Below are positions 12,083 through 24,760 of a DNA stretch of 64,000 bases, piece after piece (position 1 is the stretch's first letter; each line of letters starts with the position of its first letter). Both the position numbers and the translations under genes were made by a program. Source of the stretch: the human T2T-CHM13v2.0 reference genome, Homo sapiens; NCBI RefSeq assembly GCF_009914755.1, contig NC_060937.1, one strand, 5' to 3'. The notes beneath the pieces were generated by a model. The model saw only the letters and a list, made by a program, of their open reading frames with translations. It was not told where the DNA came from and ran no database searches.

Positions 12083-12473
12083 TGTATCATTAAGGGTTTA
12101 TCCAGAGAAGCAGAACCATTAGGTCTTATATATCAAGAGATTTATTGCAAGGGATTGGCTTGCACAGTTGTAGGGGAGAGCTAGACAGTCCGAAATCTGC
12201 AGGCAGGTGGCAAGGGCAGGCTGCAAATCTCAGGCCTGGAGGAGCTGCTGTCCACTGGCAGAATTGCTTCTTTCTCAGGGAAATCTCAACTTTGCTTCTA
12301 AATTCATTCAACTGACTGAATCAAGCTCACCCAGATTATCTAGAATAATCTCCCTATTTCAAGGTCAGCTGGTTAGCAAACAATTTCATTGCAACCTTAA
12401 TTCACTCCTGTTGTATAACATAACATATGACAGATGGTAGACCTCTGTGGGGACTGTTATTCTGTCTATCACA
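12083..12473 (-). mobile_element. LTR with MLT2-like left part and MLT1C-like right part
   Basis: ccagagaagcagaacca (MLT2-type), then aaggtcagctggttagcaa...gcaaccttaattc...ttattctgtctatcaca (MLT1-type); TSD-like TCCCT/TCCTT. Confidence 0.65.
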
Positions 12474-13689
12474 TCCTTTTCTGAGAGAATCTCCCCAGCC
12501 AGTTCAAGAAGACTACTCCTAGCACCTTTTCTCAAATGTTCCCAAATATGTGATCTTGACTTGTTTTCTTTCTAAGATCCCTACTGAAGATACCACAGAG
12601 AACTCATTACTCCCCTTGGCTAATGGCACTAGTATGTGAAGAAATCTGTCAGGATTTTCTCTACCTTCACTCATTCTGTATGAATGATTACTTCTAGTCT
12701 CCTGGGGAAGTATTTTAAACTGTTATTTAATTTTGGAAGAAGACAACATTTTTAAAAAATGGATTAAATATTGGTACAAGGTTGAGAAATGTTCTGATGT
12801 GGGGAGACATTAAAGCATTTGTTTATTTGGGCAGTGTGGGCTGTAGGTCTTTCAGTTCAAAGTTCAAAATAATAATTTGCCAAGAATGATGATTAAAGGT
12901 TAAATTATACAATATACATGAAAATACTTTTAAAAGGTTGAAATTCTATAATATCTCTAGTCCATGAAAAAAGATTTAAATTTTAGAGTTTCAAAGCAAC
13001 TAGTGATCATCTAATTTAATTAAAGTTATGATAGACACATTTTTTTCCACTTCAATACTTTTTTTAATGAGTTTTCTGATATTTCAGAGGAAAGTTTTCT
13101 CCAGAGGTTTGAACTTTTTCTAATGCTTCATATCCTAAGAAGTCAATCTTATTTTAAAAGCAAAATAACTTTTATATAATTCATTTTTATATTTCTAAAG
13201 TAATAAAAATGACTTTTTTGATTTCCAAAGATTAGTAAAAACAAAGTAAGCATTGCGTACATTTCAACATATCCATGCCTTTTAATGTTCCTGTAAATTT
13301 TTATCTCTTAGCCAACTTCCCTCATTTTACAGATAAGAAAAGTGCAGCAAAAAGAAATTTTGGTTTAGGGCCGAGCTGGAGTGCATATGTGACTTTCCTG
13401 AATTCTATTTCAGAGTTCTTTTTTATGCTATCATTTTGTGTAAGTATTTATTATTGCTCCCATTGTTTTTCTAGCTCTTCAACAAACCTGCTATATGCGG
13501 GAGTTGTGTGTTTGGAGGTGGCCTTTGAATGGCATTATGTATTTTTGCTGAGCAATTCATAATCATGCCTGGTCTTTTATGGGCAGAGGGACCAATTTCA
13601 AGGCAGTCATTCAACTAAGTCTATATGTTCAGAGCTTTAAGACACATCAGAAAAACCCAGCAAAGGCAACATACTGCTGCTTCTTAACT

Positions 13690-14235
13690 TTCATAATCAT
13701 GTCAATCCCTATTTAAGATCCTTTGTGGCTCCCATTTCCCAAAGGTTAAATTGCAAACTCCCTAGGCAGCCTGCAACACCTCCCATGCACTGGCCCCTGC
13801 TAACCACTCCATTATCATCGTGTACTCCCCTTTCCTCATCCCAACCCCAACCTGTGCTACAACCTCACAACACCACAGCCAAGCCTTGCACCTTAGACCT
13901 CAATGCCTAGAGTAGCCTTCCTTACCACTTGATCACTTGAGATAAGTGCCAGTCATCTTTCAAGTATCAGGTTAAATGTCTCCTCATCTAGGAAGCATTC
14001 CCTGACCACTCTTAAACTGACACAGTTTCATCTCCTGTATGATCCCTCAGCATCCTGCCTTATCTGCCTCATGCCTTATCTGGCCCTTGCCAGTGCATGA
14101 ACATTTCTTTTCTTTTTCTCTGTCTTCTCCACAAAGACTGTAGTATCTTTCTATCCCTAGTGCCCAGGACAGTGCGTGGTACATAGTAGGCCCTCAATAC
14201 ATATTGTGGAATAAATGAGCAAATGAGGAATGAAA
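13690..14235 (+). mobile_element. L2 3' region
   Basis: aaatgtctcctcatctaggaagcattccctgaccac...cctagtgcccaggacagtgcgtggtacatagtaggccctcaata. Confidence 0.8.
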
Positions 14236-14666
14236 GAAGGAGGCATGTGGTCTAACACCCCGGCCCTGTCCATAAAGTTGTCACACCTCCACTTACTTCT
14301 CTGCTCCTTTTGAGAAGTGTTTGCAAATGCTGCATTTATTACACATGTTCCGTAGCCAAGAAGAGTACATCCAGAGACCTGAATTTTGTGTGCACCTCTA
14401 GTTTGCAGGTGACTTTGCCCTGGAACTTTCAACATTACCTGTGACTCATAAGAGATACTGAGAGCGTGGTACAAGGAGTTAGATGTCATGACACATGGAG
14501 CTTAGAGCAGTATGCACACCAGGTAGGGCATGAGTTGTAATTAATACCATCTATAGAGTCCCATGAGAAATCAATTTACATAAGGCTTTTTAATAAGCTT
14601 AAATTGAGAGAGACAAAAATCAGGATTTGGGTCTTTATTTGAGGAAACATTCTATAGCACCTAAAC

Positions 14667-15470
14667 TGTTTTTACTTACAATGCTTCTGACACCAAATGT
14701 ATGGAGATTTTTTTTACTACGCCAATCAATTCTCCAACTCTCCAGCACCAAGTGGGTGTCCAGCAATTCAATTCTGTCACTAACTACCGGGAGTCAACAC
14801 AGTCCTCACAGGTTAATGGCTCAGTCCCACAAGACTTCCCCCTCTCACATGTCAGATGCCAGTTGCAAGTCTCAGATTATCACCTGTGCTTGTGACCGAC
14901 TGGCTATAAATCGGAGGTTCCTATGACTCCCTTTTCAGGATTGATAATTTGCTAGAACAGTCCACAGAACTCAAGAAAACACTTTACTTACACTTACCAA
15001 TTCATTGTGAAGATTATAACTCAGAAGCAGCCAAATGGAAGAGATGCATAGGGCAAGGTTTGAAAGGGGCTCAGAGCGTTCATGCTGTCTCCAAGAATAC
15101 CAGGCTCCCAACACCTCAATGTGTTTACCAACCCGGAGGCTCTTCAAACCCCATGACTTAGGAGTTTTACAGATATTTCATTATGTAGGCATGATGGATT
15201 AAATCATTGTCTTTTGGTGATCAACTCAATATCCAGCCCATCTCTCCTGCCTGGAGGTCAGGGATGGGACTGAAAGTTGAAACCCCCTAATCTTTCCTTA
15301 GTCTTTCTGGCCACCAGCTCATAACATGAAGCCACCTAGGGGCCCCAACCACCAGTCATCTCATTATCATACAAAAGACACTCTTACCACTCCAGAAATT
15401 CCAAAAGTTTTAGGAGCTGTGTGCCAGGAGCCACGGGAAAGACCAAATATATATTTCTTACTATATCGCA
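14667..15470 (-). mobile_element. MER21 (B/C-like) LTR
   Basis: cttctgacaccaaatgt, ggctcagtcccacaagact, gctataaatcggaggttcc and the end gaccaaatatatatttcttactatatcgca. Confidence 0.85.
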
Positions 15471-16044
15471 GAATCTTAGAAGCATCTTCTTTTAAGCAAA
15501 TTACTGGAAAGAATTGCCATTGTGTGATATACAATTGCAGTGTTGAATAATGTTGCCCTAAAAACCGTTTTTTTATTGTCTTCACAAACGCAGCGCTGGT
15601 CCTTAGTAGTTTTTCCTCATTAATCACATTTAGCCTGCCTGGTGTTGTGTTTAGCCAGACTCTTGTGAAACACATTCTTTCTTTCTTTTCTTTCTATTCT
15701 TCCCGCTTGGGGTAGAAGAAAGAGAAATGTAGGAAGAAGAAATAGATTTTTGTTAGTGATTAATGTAAGAGAAAATCAGTCTCTCCCTTGCTTAATTTGA
15801 TAGTAGACTTTTTTTTTCATCAGTAGCACTGATTTATGTTGTAAACACATGCAATTGTTTCAAGCTTTCATTCTTGATTTTGGCATGCAGGTGACAGGAA
15901 AATCCAAATGACAATTCCCAGAAAGCCTTTCTGAAAATGATCACAAAAGTCTCTTTGGTTACTATTTGACCAATACAAATTAGAAAATTTAATCTTCCTG
16001 TTTTCTTTCTTCTGTTATTCATCTGTCAGCTTTTGGAGAGATCC

Positions 16045-16880
16045 TTAATTTATTTATGTTTTTAAGAAGTATTTATTGGGTGCCTGCTCTATGTCAGATT
16101 CTGTGCTGGGTGCTGGTGATGCAGCACCTTCTTGGTTACCACATGTAGGTTTTAGTGGTGAAAAGATATTTTTAATCACATAATAACCCAACTAAATCTA
16201 AAATTACAACTTTTGCAAATACTGCAAAAGAGAAATATATGGTGGTATCAGTTATTGCTAATAGCAAATAACAAAATACAAATTCTCAGCAGCAAGGAAT
16301 AATAGCCATTTCTTTAGTTCTGTAGGACAGCTAGGGTTGGCTTATCAGGAAGGACTTTGTTGCGGTGGCTCTACTCTCATGCTTTTTATCTTCCTCCTGG
16401 AACCAGTAGGCAGCCTAGGAGTGCTCTTCTCATGGCGAGGGAAGAGGCAAAAAGAAGACAAAACTAATTGTGCAAGCACTTTCCAAAATTCTTCTATGTT
16501 ATATATGCTTTCATGACACTGGCCGAGGGAAGTCAATACTAAGTCCAACATCAATGGATGGGGAGCTATATTCCTCCCTTGGAAATGTGGAGGGGTATAT
16601 TTCTGAACAATAATCCGACCTACCACAATGGTTCATGGAGAATATATAGTGGAAAATTTGAGTAGGAACTAAGTCAGACAGAGAGGGAACACTTTTGACT
16701 AAATGCTCTGTAGTGAGAAGGAGCATGGTGGGTTGGAGATACAGAAAATATGAGTGGGGCCAGAGCTCAGAGAATGAGCAGCAACATGGAGCAAGCTGAG
16801 CCTAGAGAGATTAAGAGGAGCCAAACCACAGGGTGACCTGCAGGCTATCTAAAGGATCTTGAACTTAGAACAAAAAGGAA
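16045..16880 (-). mobile_element. L2 interrupted by an MLT1 (H/I/J-like) LTR at ~16245-16627
   Basis: L2 tail tatttattgggtgcctgctctatgtcag; MaLR end tttctgaacaataatccgacctaccaca. Confidence 0.65.
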
Positions 16881-16956
16881 AGCATATAACTACTATTAAA
16901 TAAAAGTACAAAAATGAAATAAAGGATCTAAAGGATCTTGAACTTAGAACAAAAAG

Positions 16957-18701
16957 TTTACTGATTTGCATATGTTGCATATGTTGAACCAGGCTTGCAT
17001 CCCAGGGATGAAGCCAACTTGATTGTGGTGGATAAGCTTTTTGATATGCTGCTGGATTCGGTTTGCCAGTATTTTATTGAGGATTTTTGCATCAATGTCA
17101 ATCGGCTATATTGGCCTGACATTTAATTTTTTTGTTGTGCCTGCCAGGTTTTAGTATCAAGATGATGCTGGTCTCATAAAATGAGTTGGGGAGGATTCCC
17201 TCTTTTTCTATTGTTCGGAATAGTTTCAGAAGGAATGGTACCAGCAATTCTTTGTACCTCTGGTAGAATTTGGCTGTGAATCCATCTAGTCCTGGGTTTT
17301 TATTGGTTGGTAGGCTATTAATTACTGCATCAATTTCAGAACTTGTTATTGGTCTATTCAGGAATTCAACTTCTTCCTGGTTTAGTCTTGGGAGGGTGTA
17401 TGTGTCCAGCAATTTATCCATTTCTTCTAGATTTTCTAGTTTATTTGCATAGAGATGTTTATAGTATTCTCTGATGGTAGTTTCAATTTCTGTGGGATCA
17501 GTGGTGATATCCCCTTTATCATTTTTTATTGCGTCTTTTTGATTCTTTTCTCTTTTCTTCTTTATTAGTCTGGCTAGTTTTCCATCTATTTTGTTGATCT
17601 TTTCAAAAAAACAGCTCCTGGATTCATTGATTTTTTGAAGGGTTTCTTGTGTCTCTATCTCCTTCACTTCTGCTCTGATCTTAGTTATTTCTTGTCTTCT
17701 GCTAGCTTTTGAATTTGTTTGCTCTTGCTTATCTAGGTCTTTTAATTGTGATGTTAGGGTGTTGATTTTCGATCTTTCCTGCTTTCTCTAGTGGGCATTT
17801 GGTGCTATAAGTTTCCCTCTAAACACTGCTTTAAATGTGACCCAGAGATTCTGGTACATTATGTCTTTGTTCTCATTGGTTTCAAAGAACATCTTTATTT
17901 CTGCCTTAATTTCATTTTTACCCAGTAGTCATTCAGCAGTAGGTTGTTCAGTTTCCACGTAGTTGTGCCGTTTTTGAGTGAATTTCTTTATCCTGACTTC
18001 TAATTTGATTGCACTGTGGTCTGAGAGACTGTTTGTTATAATTTCCATCTTTTGCATTTGCTGAAGAGTGCTTTACTTCCAATTATGCAGTTAATTTTAG
18101 AATAAGTGCGATGAGGTGCTGAGAAGAATGTATATTCTGTTGATTTGGGGTGGAGAGTTCCGTAGATGTCTGTTAGGTCTGCTTGGTCCAGAGCTGAGTT
18201 CAAGTCCTGAATATCCTTTTTAGTTTTCTATCTCATTGATCTAATATTGACAGTGGGGTATTAAAGTCTCCCTCTATTATTGTGTGGGAGTTTAAGTCTC
18301 TTTGTAGGTCTCTAAGAACTTGCTTTATGAATCTGGGTGCTCCTGTATTGGGTGCATATATACTTAGGATAGTTAGCTGTTCTTGTTGCATTGATCCCTT
18401 TACCATTATGTAATGGCCTTCTTTGTCTCTTTTGATCTTTGTTGGTTTAAAGTCTGTTTTATCAGAGACTAGGATTGCAACCCCTGCTTTTTTTTTGCTT
18501 TCCATTTGCTTGGTAAATCTTCCTTCATCCCTCTATTTTGAGCCTATGTGTGTGTTTGCACATGAGATGGGTCTCCTGAATACACCACACCAATGGATCT
18601 TGACTCTATATCCAATTTGGCAGTCTGTGTCTTTTAATTGGGGCATTTAGCCCATTTACATTTAAGGTTAATATTGTTATGTGTGAATTTGATCCTGTCA
18701 T
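16957..18701 (-). pseudogene. Disrupted, truncated L1 ORF2p (endonuclease and linker)
   Basis: KKKAGVAILVSDKTDFKPTKIKRDKEGHYIMVKG, YAPNTGAPRFIKQ and [18 protein letters not shown]; multiple stops and frameshifts. Confidence 0.92.
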
Positions 18702-18764
18702 TATGATGCTAGCTGGTTGTTTTGTCTGTTGGTTGATGCAGTTTCTTCATAGTGTCGATGTTCT

Positions 18765-19774
18765 TTAAAATTTGGTATGTTTTTGTGGTGGCTGGTACCG
18801 GTTGTTCCTTTCTGTTTAGTGCTTCCTTCAGGAGCTCTTGTAAGGCAAGGCCTGGTGGTGACAAAATCTCTCAGCATTTGCTTGTCTGTAAAGGATTTTA
18901 CTTCTCCTTCACTTATAAAACTTAGTTTGACTGGATATGAAATTCTGGGTTCTTTAAGAATGTTGAATATTGGCCCCCACTGTCTTCTGGCTTGTAGGGT
19001 TTCTGCCAAAAGATCCGCTGTTACTCTGATGGGCTTCCCTTTGTAGGTAACCCGACCTTTGTCTCTGGCTGCCCTTAACATTTTTTCCTTTATTTCCACC
19101 TTGGCGAATCTGACAATTATATGTCTTGGGGTTGCTCTTTTCGAGGAGTATCTTTGTGGTGTTCTCTGTATTTTCTGAATTTGAATTTTGGCCTGTCTTG
19201 CTAGGTTGGGGAAGTTCTCCTGGATAATATCCTGAAGAGTTTTTTTCCAACTTGGTTCCATTCTCCCCGTCACTTTCAGGTACACTAAGTAAATGTAGAT
19301 TTGGTCTTTTCACATAGTCCCATATTTCTTGGAGGCCTTGTTCATTCCTTTTCATTCTTTTTTCTCTAATCTTGTCTTGTTGCTTTATTTCATTAAGTTG
19401 ATCTTCAATCTCTGATACCCTTTCTTCTGCTTGATTGATTCGGCTATTGATACTTGTGTGTGCTTCGTGAACATCTCACACTGTGTTTTTCAGCTCCATC
19501 AGGTCATTTATATTCTTCTCTAAACCGGCTATTCTAATTAGCAATTCATCTAACCTTTTGTCAGGGTCTTAGCTTCCTTGCACTGGGTTAGAACATACTC
19601 CTTTAGCTGGGAGGAGTTTGTTATTACCCACCTTCTGAAGCCTACTTCTGTCAATTTGTCAAACTCATTCTCTGTCCAGTTTTGTTCCCTTGCTGGCGAG
19701 GAGGTGTGATCCTTTGGAGATGAGGTGTTCTGGTTTTTGGAATTTTCAGCCTTTTTATGCTGGTTTTTCCCCAT
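18765..19774 (-). pseudogene. Disrupted L1 ORF1p
   Basis: MGKNQHKKAENSKNQN...; QEIWDYVKRPNL; TLQDIIQENFPNLARQA; these are in different frames (frameshifts). Confidence 0.92.
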
Positions 19775-20732
19775 CTTTGTGGATTTATCTACCTTTGGTC
19801 TTTGATGTTGGTGACCTTCAGATGGGGTCTCTGAGTGGATGTCCTTTTTGTTGATATTGATGCTATACCTTTCTGTTTGTTAGTTTTCCTTCTAACGGTC
19901 AGGCCCCTCTGCTGCAGGTCTGCTGGAGTTTGCTGGAGGTCCACTCCAGACCCTGTTTGCCTGGGTATCACCAGCGGAGGCTCAGCTGGAAATGCAGAAA
20001 TCACCCACCTTCTATGTTGACCTTGCTGGGAGCTGCAGACCAGAGCTGTTCCTATTCGGCCATTTTGCCAGCAAATCCTCCACAACTTGTATAGAGTTAT
20101 TGTGAAATTTTGATGAAATAATACCTAACACACAGCACTCAACAAGATTACTATATGCATGAAATGCAAAAGGATATATAAAGGATTATGAAACCAATTT
20201 CCAGCTCCTTATTAGTAATAAATCTGGTGATAACCCTTAAGTGACCAAGAGACAGTAGTCTCTGGTATGGCCCCCTGGGTACCCCATTCTCTTTGTCCCC
20301 TGAATCATCTGTTCAGAGACACCTGCTTCTTGATCAGAGGTCTTATCATTCATTTCAGGAATTGCCTATTCTTTATATTGCAGATGTTCCAAGTAGACAC
20401 TGTTCACTGAGTCTTTATGAATTGCCATTTCTTCTCTCTAGCATGCTCTGTAGAATACTGGCTCCCTATGCCACCTGAGGATGGAACCATTGCCCTTTCT
20501 TCTAAGATCAGAATTTGTTGCAAGGTGGAGCTGCAAGAAGGTTTTCAAACCTATTTTGAAGGATATTTTAGGCTTAGATCCACTGAAAATGGATTCTCTT
20601 ATACAGCTCCATGATACCTCCTGATAACACATTAAATATGCTCTAATGATAACAGCTCAAATATATTACTGTTTACTTATTTCCTGCCTCTACATTTAGG
20701 GCTAAATTATGCCTACACCTAGTTTTGTTATA

Positions 20733-21082
20733 TAGTCATTCTCAAGGTGTTATCAGATACTCAGATGCCTGCCAGGATTTCTCCTAGAGGTACCATGCTG
20801 CTGTCTGTAGTGATGTTTCCAATGTATTCAACAGAGCACTACCTTCCACAGTGCACCCACTCTCAAGGTCAGACGAGGTTGCTATATATTATAGCTTCTT
20901 CTAAGAGATTCATAAATTATTAGCATATGAAAAACTGATATTTCTCACAGTAAAGAAATCAGTTTAATTTTGTTTGACTCCACATTAACCCATACATATT
21001 TGACCATGGGACCCTTTAGTCATCAACAACTTTTAACACCCATGGCACTAGTATTTCAGGGAACACCTTTTGGAAACTGCTA
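20733..21082. mobile_element. Possible old hAT-Charlie MITE (MER5/MER103-like)
   Basis: Ends agtcattctcaaggtgt and gggaacaccttttggaaactgct resemble Charlie TIRs; very diverged. Confidence 0.35.
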
Positions 21083-21709
21083 CTCCATAGGATATATTTC
21101 TATTCCTGTTCATTTCAGATGTTGTTTTTGTAAACATTCTGTTTTTGAAACACCATGCAGAGGTGATCTGCTTTATTCCCCCTAGAATGCATATAAGATT
21201 AAGTAAATTTAGCTCCTAAGTGGTTTACATGATTATGTGATAAATCTTAAGCACATGCAAATTTCCCTGGAGTCTGTACAGCATTAGACCTGTCATAAAA
21301 GAAATCATGCTATGGGTGAGCAATTAAGTAGTTTAATAAAATTTGTAGGCAGAATGGATAGCACAAGGCTACCAACCAGTACTCAATTCATCTATTACAC
21401 CCTCGTCTCCATGAAAGGGATAAGCATGATGTAAATATGAGGTTACAATACATATTATCCCTCTTACCATGAGACAAATCTGTAATTTAGGAGACTGAAA
21501 CTGGGAGTGGGCTGGTCAAGTAGATGAAGTTAGGATAATCATAGACCATGGTCACACCCTCAGCTTTACACGTTCAGAAACTTAACTTTATTCATTTCTC
21601 TAGGAGAAACTAAATTCCAAGGGATTTATGCAGATTCATGTGTCTTATAGACATAAATCTAAATATAAATGTATTCATTCATAATTGGGGTTATTTATTT
21701 TAAAAACGG

Positions 21710-21800
21710 GAGTTTTTGTATTATGAAGGTAAAATTTGTAGAGAGTGAAATGCACATGTCTGTGGCATACTGTTGGATGAGTTTTGATAAATATATTCCT
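21710..21800 (-). mobile_element. Old L1M 3' end fragment
   Basis: gtgaaatgcacat...gatgagttttgataaat. Confidence 0.45.
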
Positions 21801-22997
21801 AATTAAACCTGAATTCAGGCTTCCTTTCTCTACCTCTTCCTTCCTGCCCCCATTCCTTCCTATCTCCATCCCCCATTTAGCTCTCCTCCAATTCTGCTAC
21901 AAAGAACAATTCAACATGTTGTAGTATCTAAGCAGGGGCAAGAGTAAAGAGAAGCTTGTAATCTTATAATTTACCTCAACTGTTGCAAAATCCAAGAAAA
22001 TATCACTTATTCACTTTTTTAATGACTCAAATGTCAAATCTTCCATATAGCATATCTCTTCACTGGAGATGGATAAATACTAAAAATTCCTTCCTATGAC
22101 ATTTTATTTTTTTATTGTCCATGCAGACAGACATCAGTCTCACCCCTCAACACACCCTTTTTTGCAATTGATGATTTCAGAAACTCCCAGTTTCGTCAAC
22201 AACACATTTATAAATAATTTCAGATGATAACACTGTCATTTATTTACTTATTTATTTAATTGCTCATTTTATTGTTGTTTACACTGGCATCAAGCTCTCA
22301 GGATATATCCTGTGGTAGACTTGAAGACCGTTAAGTAGTAACTAGAGTAATGTTCTCTTTTATTTGTTAGAACATTCTCTTGCCAATAATGAATCCTAAA
22401 TCAGTCACCTTTGTTCTACTCAGGTCATCTGATATCTCTTTAGAATAATTTTTTTAAATTTTAATATAGTTTATTAGAAGATTCACTGGGAGTGGTGAAT
22501 CTAGGTGGCTTGTTGCAAATCTAACTTGCACTCACTCAGTTCTTTGAAGAATCAGACTCTGATCTGACGTTACCTTTACTAAAAGAACAGATCCCATATT
22601 TCAACAATTAGCATCACAGAATTTAAATTCAATGAATAATATCACAAAATTTAAACCGAATGAATAAGTAAATGGTGATTGGAATTCATGTGTGAAACAA
22701 GCAGAACTTTGAAACACCAGTGAATTTTAAGCATTATTTGGTTAATTCATTTGAATCCTTGGCCAAAAGTGAAATATATTCTAAAGACCCATTATTAATG
22801 TAATTTATGTCATTTCTGGAAATGGAATCATTTCAGGCTCTAATGTTATTTAATGATTTGACAAAGGAGATAGCCAAACAGGATTTTTTCCAGGCAAAAT
22901 TGAAGGAGCGCAGGGTTAACAAGTAACCTTGTCCTTGTGTTACTGATACTTGGTCCAAGGATGAGAAATAACAGCTGCTTGCATTTTTAAAATGTTT

Positions 22998-23296
<299 letters not shown>

Positions 23297-24194
23297 TTAA
23301 AAAATGTTTCAAAGTAGATGCAGGAGCTGGGCAATGTCTGGCATGCACTTGTTTATAATGTTGCAGCTGTGCACTGTAATTAGAAAATCTTTGGTGGAAA
23401 GTTAGTTAAGGCTTTTCCAGATGCAGTATGACATTCGTCAAATGAGAGAAAATGTCCCCTGTACTTTTGAGAAGTGTAGGAGAAGATAATTCCCACAACC
23501 TTGAGCTGGAAAATGGCTTTATACTATTAAAGCCTCCTTCATTTCCTTAAGGAGCATATTCAAAGGACACAGCAGCTAACACCACCAGCGTAAGTGAAGG
23601 ATACAACAAAAATAAAATACATAAGTCTAAAGATCATTCTTAGCACTCTCAAAATCAAAATAGACAACAAAGCACATTTATTGTGTCCTGTTTTAAAAAA
23701 TGCATTTGAATGGATTACAGGTGGGACTATTGAGGTGATTTGTGTGAGCAAATCCTTACTTCCATGGAGGAATCTAAAACCTCACATGCCACAGAGTGCA
23801 TGTCTGAATTGAGGAGACATTCAAATTTCCTTTCTCAGAGCCCAGGAGAGAAGATATTTGGAGCAGTCATTGCAGGACAAGCTGCCCGACTTTGCCTTTT
23901 TATGATTTACATTGATTGCTGGCATTAAATATGGTTGGCCTGTTAATTCTGGCAAAACTGAAATTATTTGCACTGCCAATTCTGTCAAACAGGTTTAATT
24001 CATACAGAGATACAATTGACCTCTTCTTAACTGTGATGTCACGATCACATGATCACATGATGATAATTCCTTAAAAGTATATAGTACTTTAAAAGTTACT
24101 GAGTGCCTTCACACCTTCTTATTTACTCCACTTCCAATAAATAAGCATAACCAGCAGCGGACACCAGGAGGAGGAGAACATCAATCCTTGGCGT

Positions 24195-24626
24195 GTTATA
24201 ATATTCTTGGCCCACAATGACCTGGCCTCTGCCAACCTTCCAACATCATCTTCTTTTACTCTCTGTAAACACCTATGTCTCAGAACTGCTAAATCGCTCA
24301 CGGTTTCTTTAGCAGGCGCTGCTCTCTGTGGTTTTCCTTCCGTGCATCTCTGATGATAATGATGTTTGTCTGGCTTACCACGATATCCCAGTCCCTAACA
24401 CAGGGCCTTGCACACCACAGGAGCTCAACAAATATTTGTTGAAAAAATCAATGAATAACTGCTTAGAATACACTTCCTCTCCTGGTCCTTTAAAACTCAG
24501 CTGAGATATTAGCTCTTCAAAGACTCTCGAATCTCCCTCATTTCTAATCAGGCACCCTGCTCCATGCATAAATTTAATCTAGCTCATAAGGCACTATGAT
24601 GTCATTACTGATTTATTTCTCTCTAT

Positions 24627-24673
<47 letters not shown>

Positions 24674-24760
24674 TCTCTCTCTTGCAGATGTGACTGCCTG
24701 GTGAGCAAAGATTGTATCTCATTCACATTTGTCATCTGCAGCACCTAAAAAGTCAAATAG
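24195..24760 (+). mobile_element. Two L2 3' fragments with (TC)n at ~24630-24680
   Basis: ccagtccctaacacagggccttgcacaccacaggagctcaacaaatatttgttgaa; tcctttaaaactcagctgagat. Confidence 0.65.

Larger units (their letters stand above)
16957..20082 (-). mobile_element. L1PA7-like element: shortened (spliced) 5'UTR, ORF1 and 5' half of ORF2; 3' half missing
   Basis: 5' end caaaatggccgaataggaacagctc; ORF1 and ORF2 peptide fragments in the ORF track; no 3'UTR or poly(A). Confidence 0.95.

Noticed and set aside
1287-20082. The sense L1 3' half and antisense L1 5' half as one element split by an inversion
   Set aside because: They overlap by ~330 bp of ORF2 and appear to be different subfamilies. The first also has its own TSD inside an Alu.
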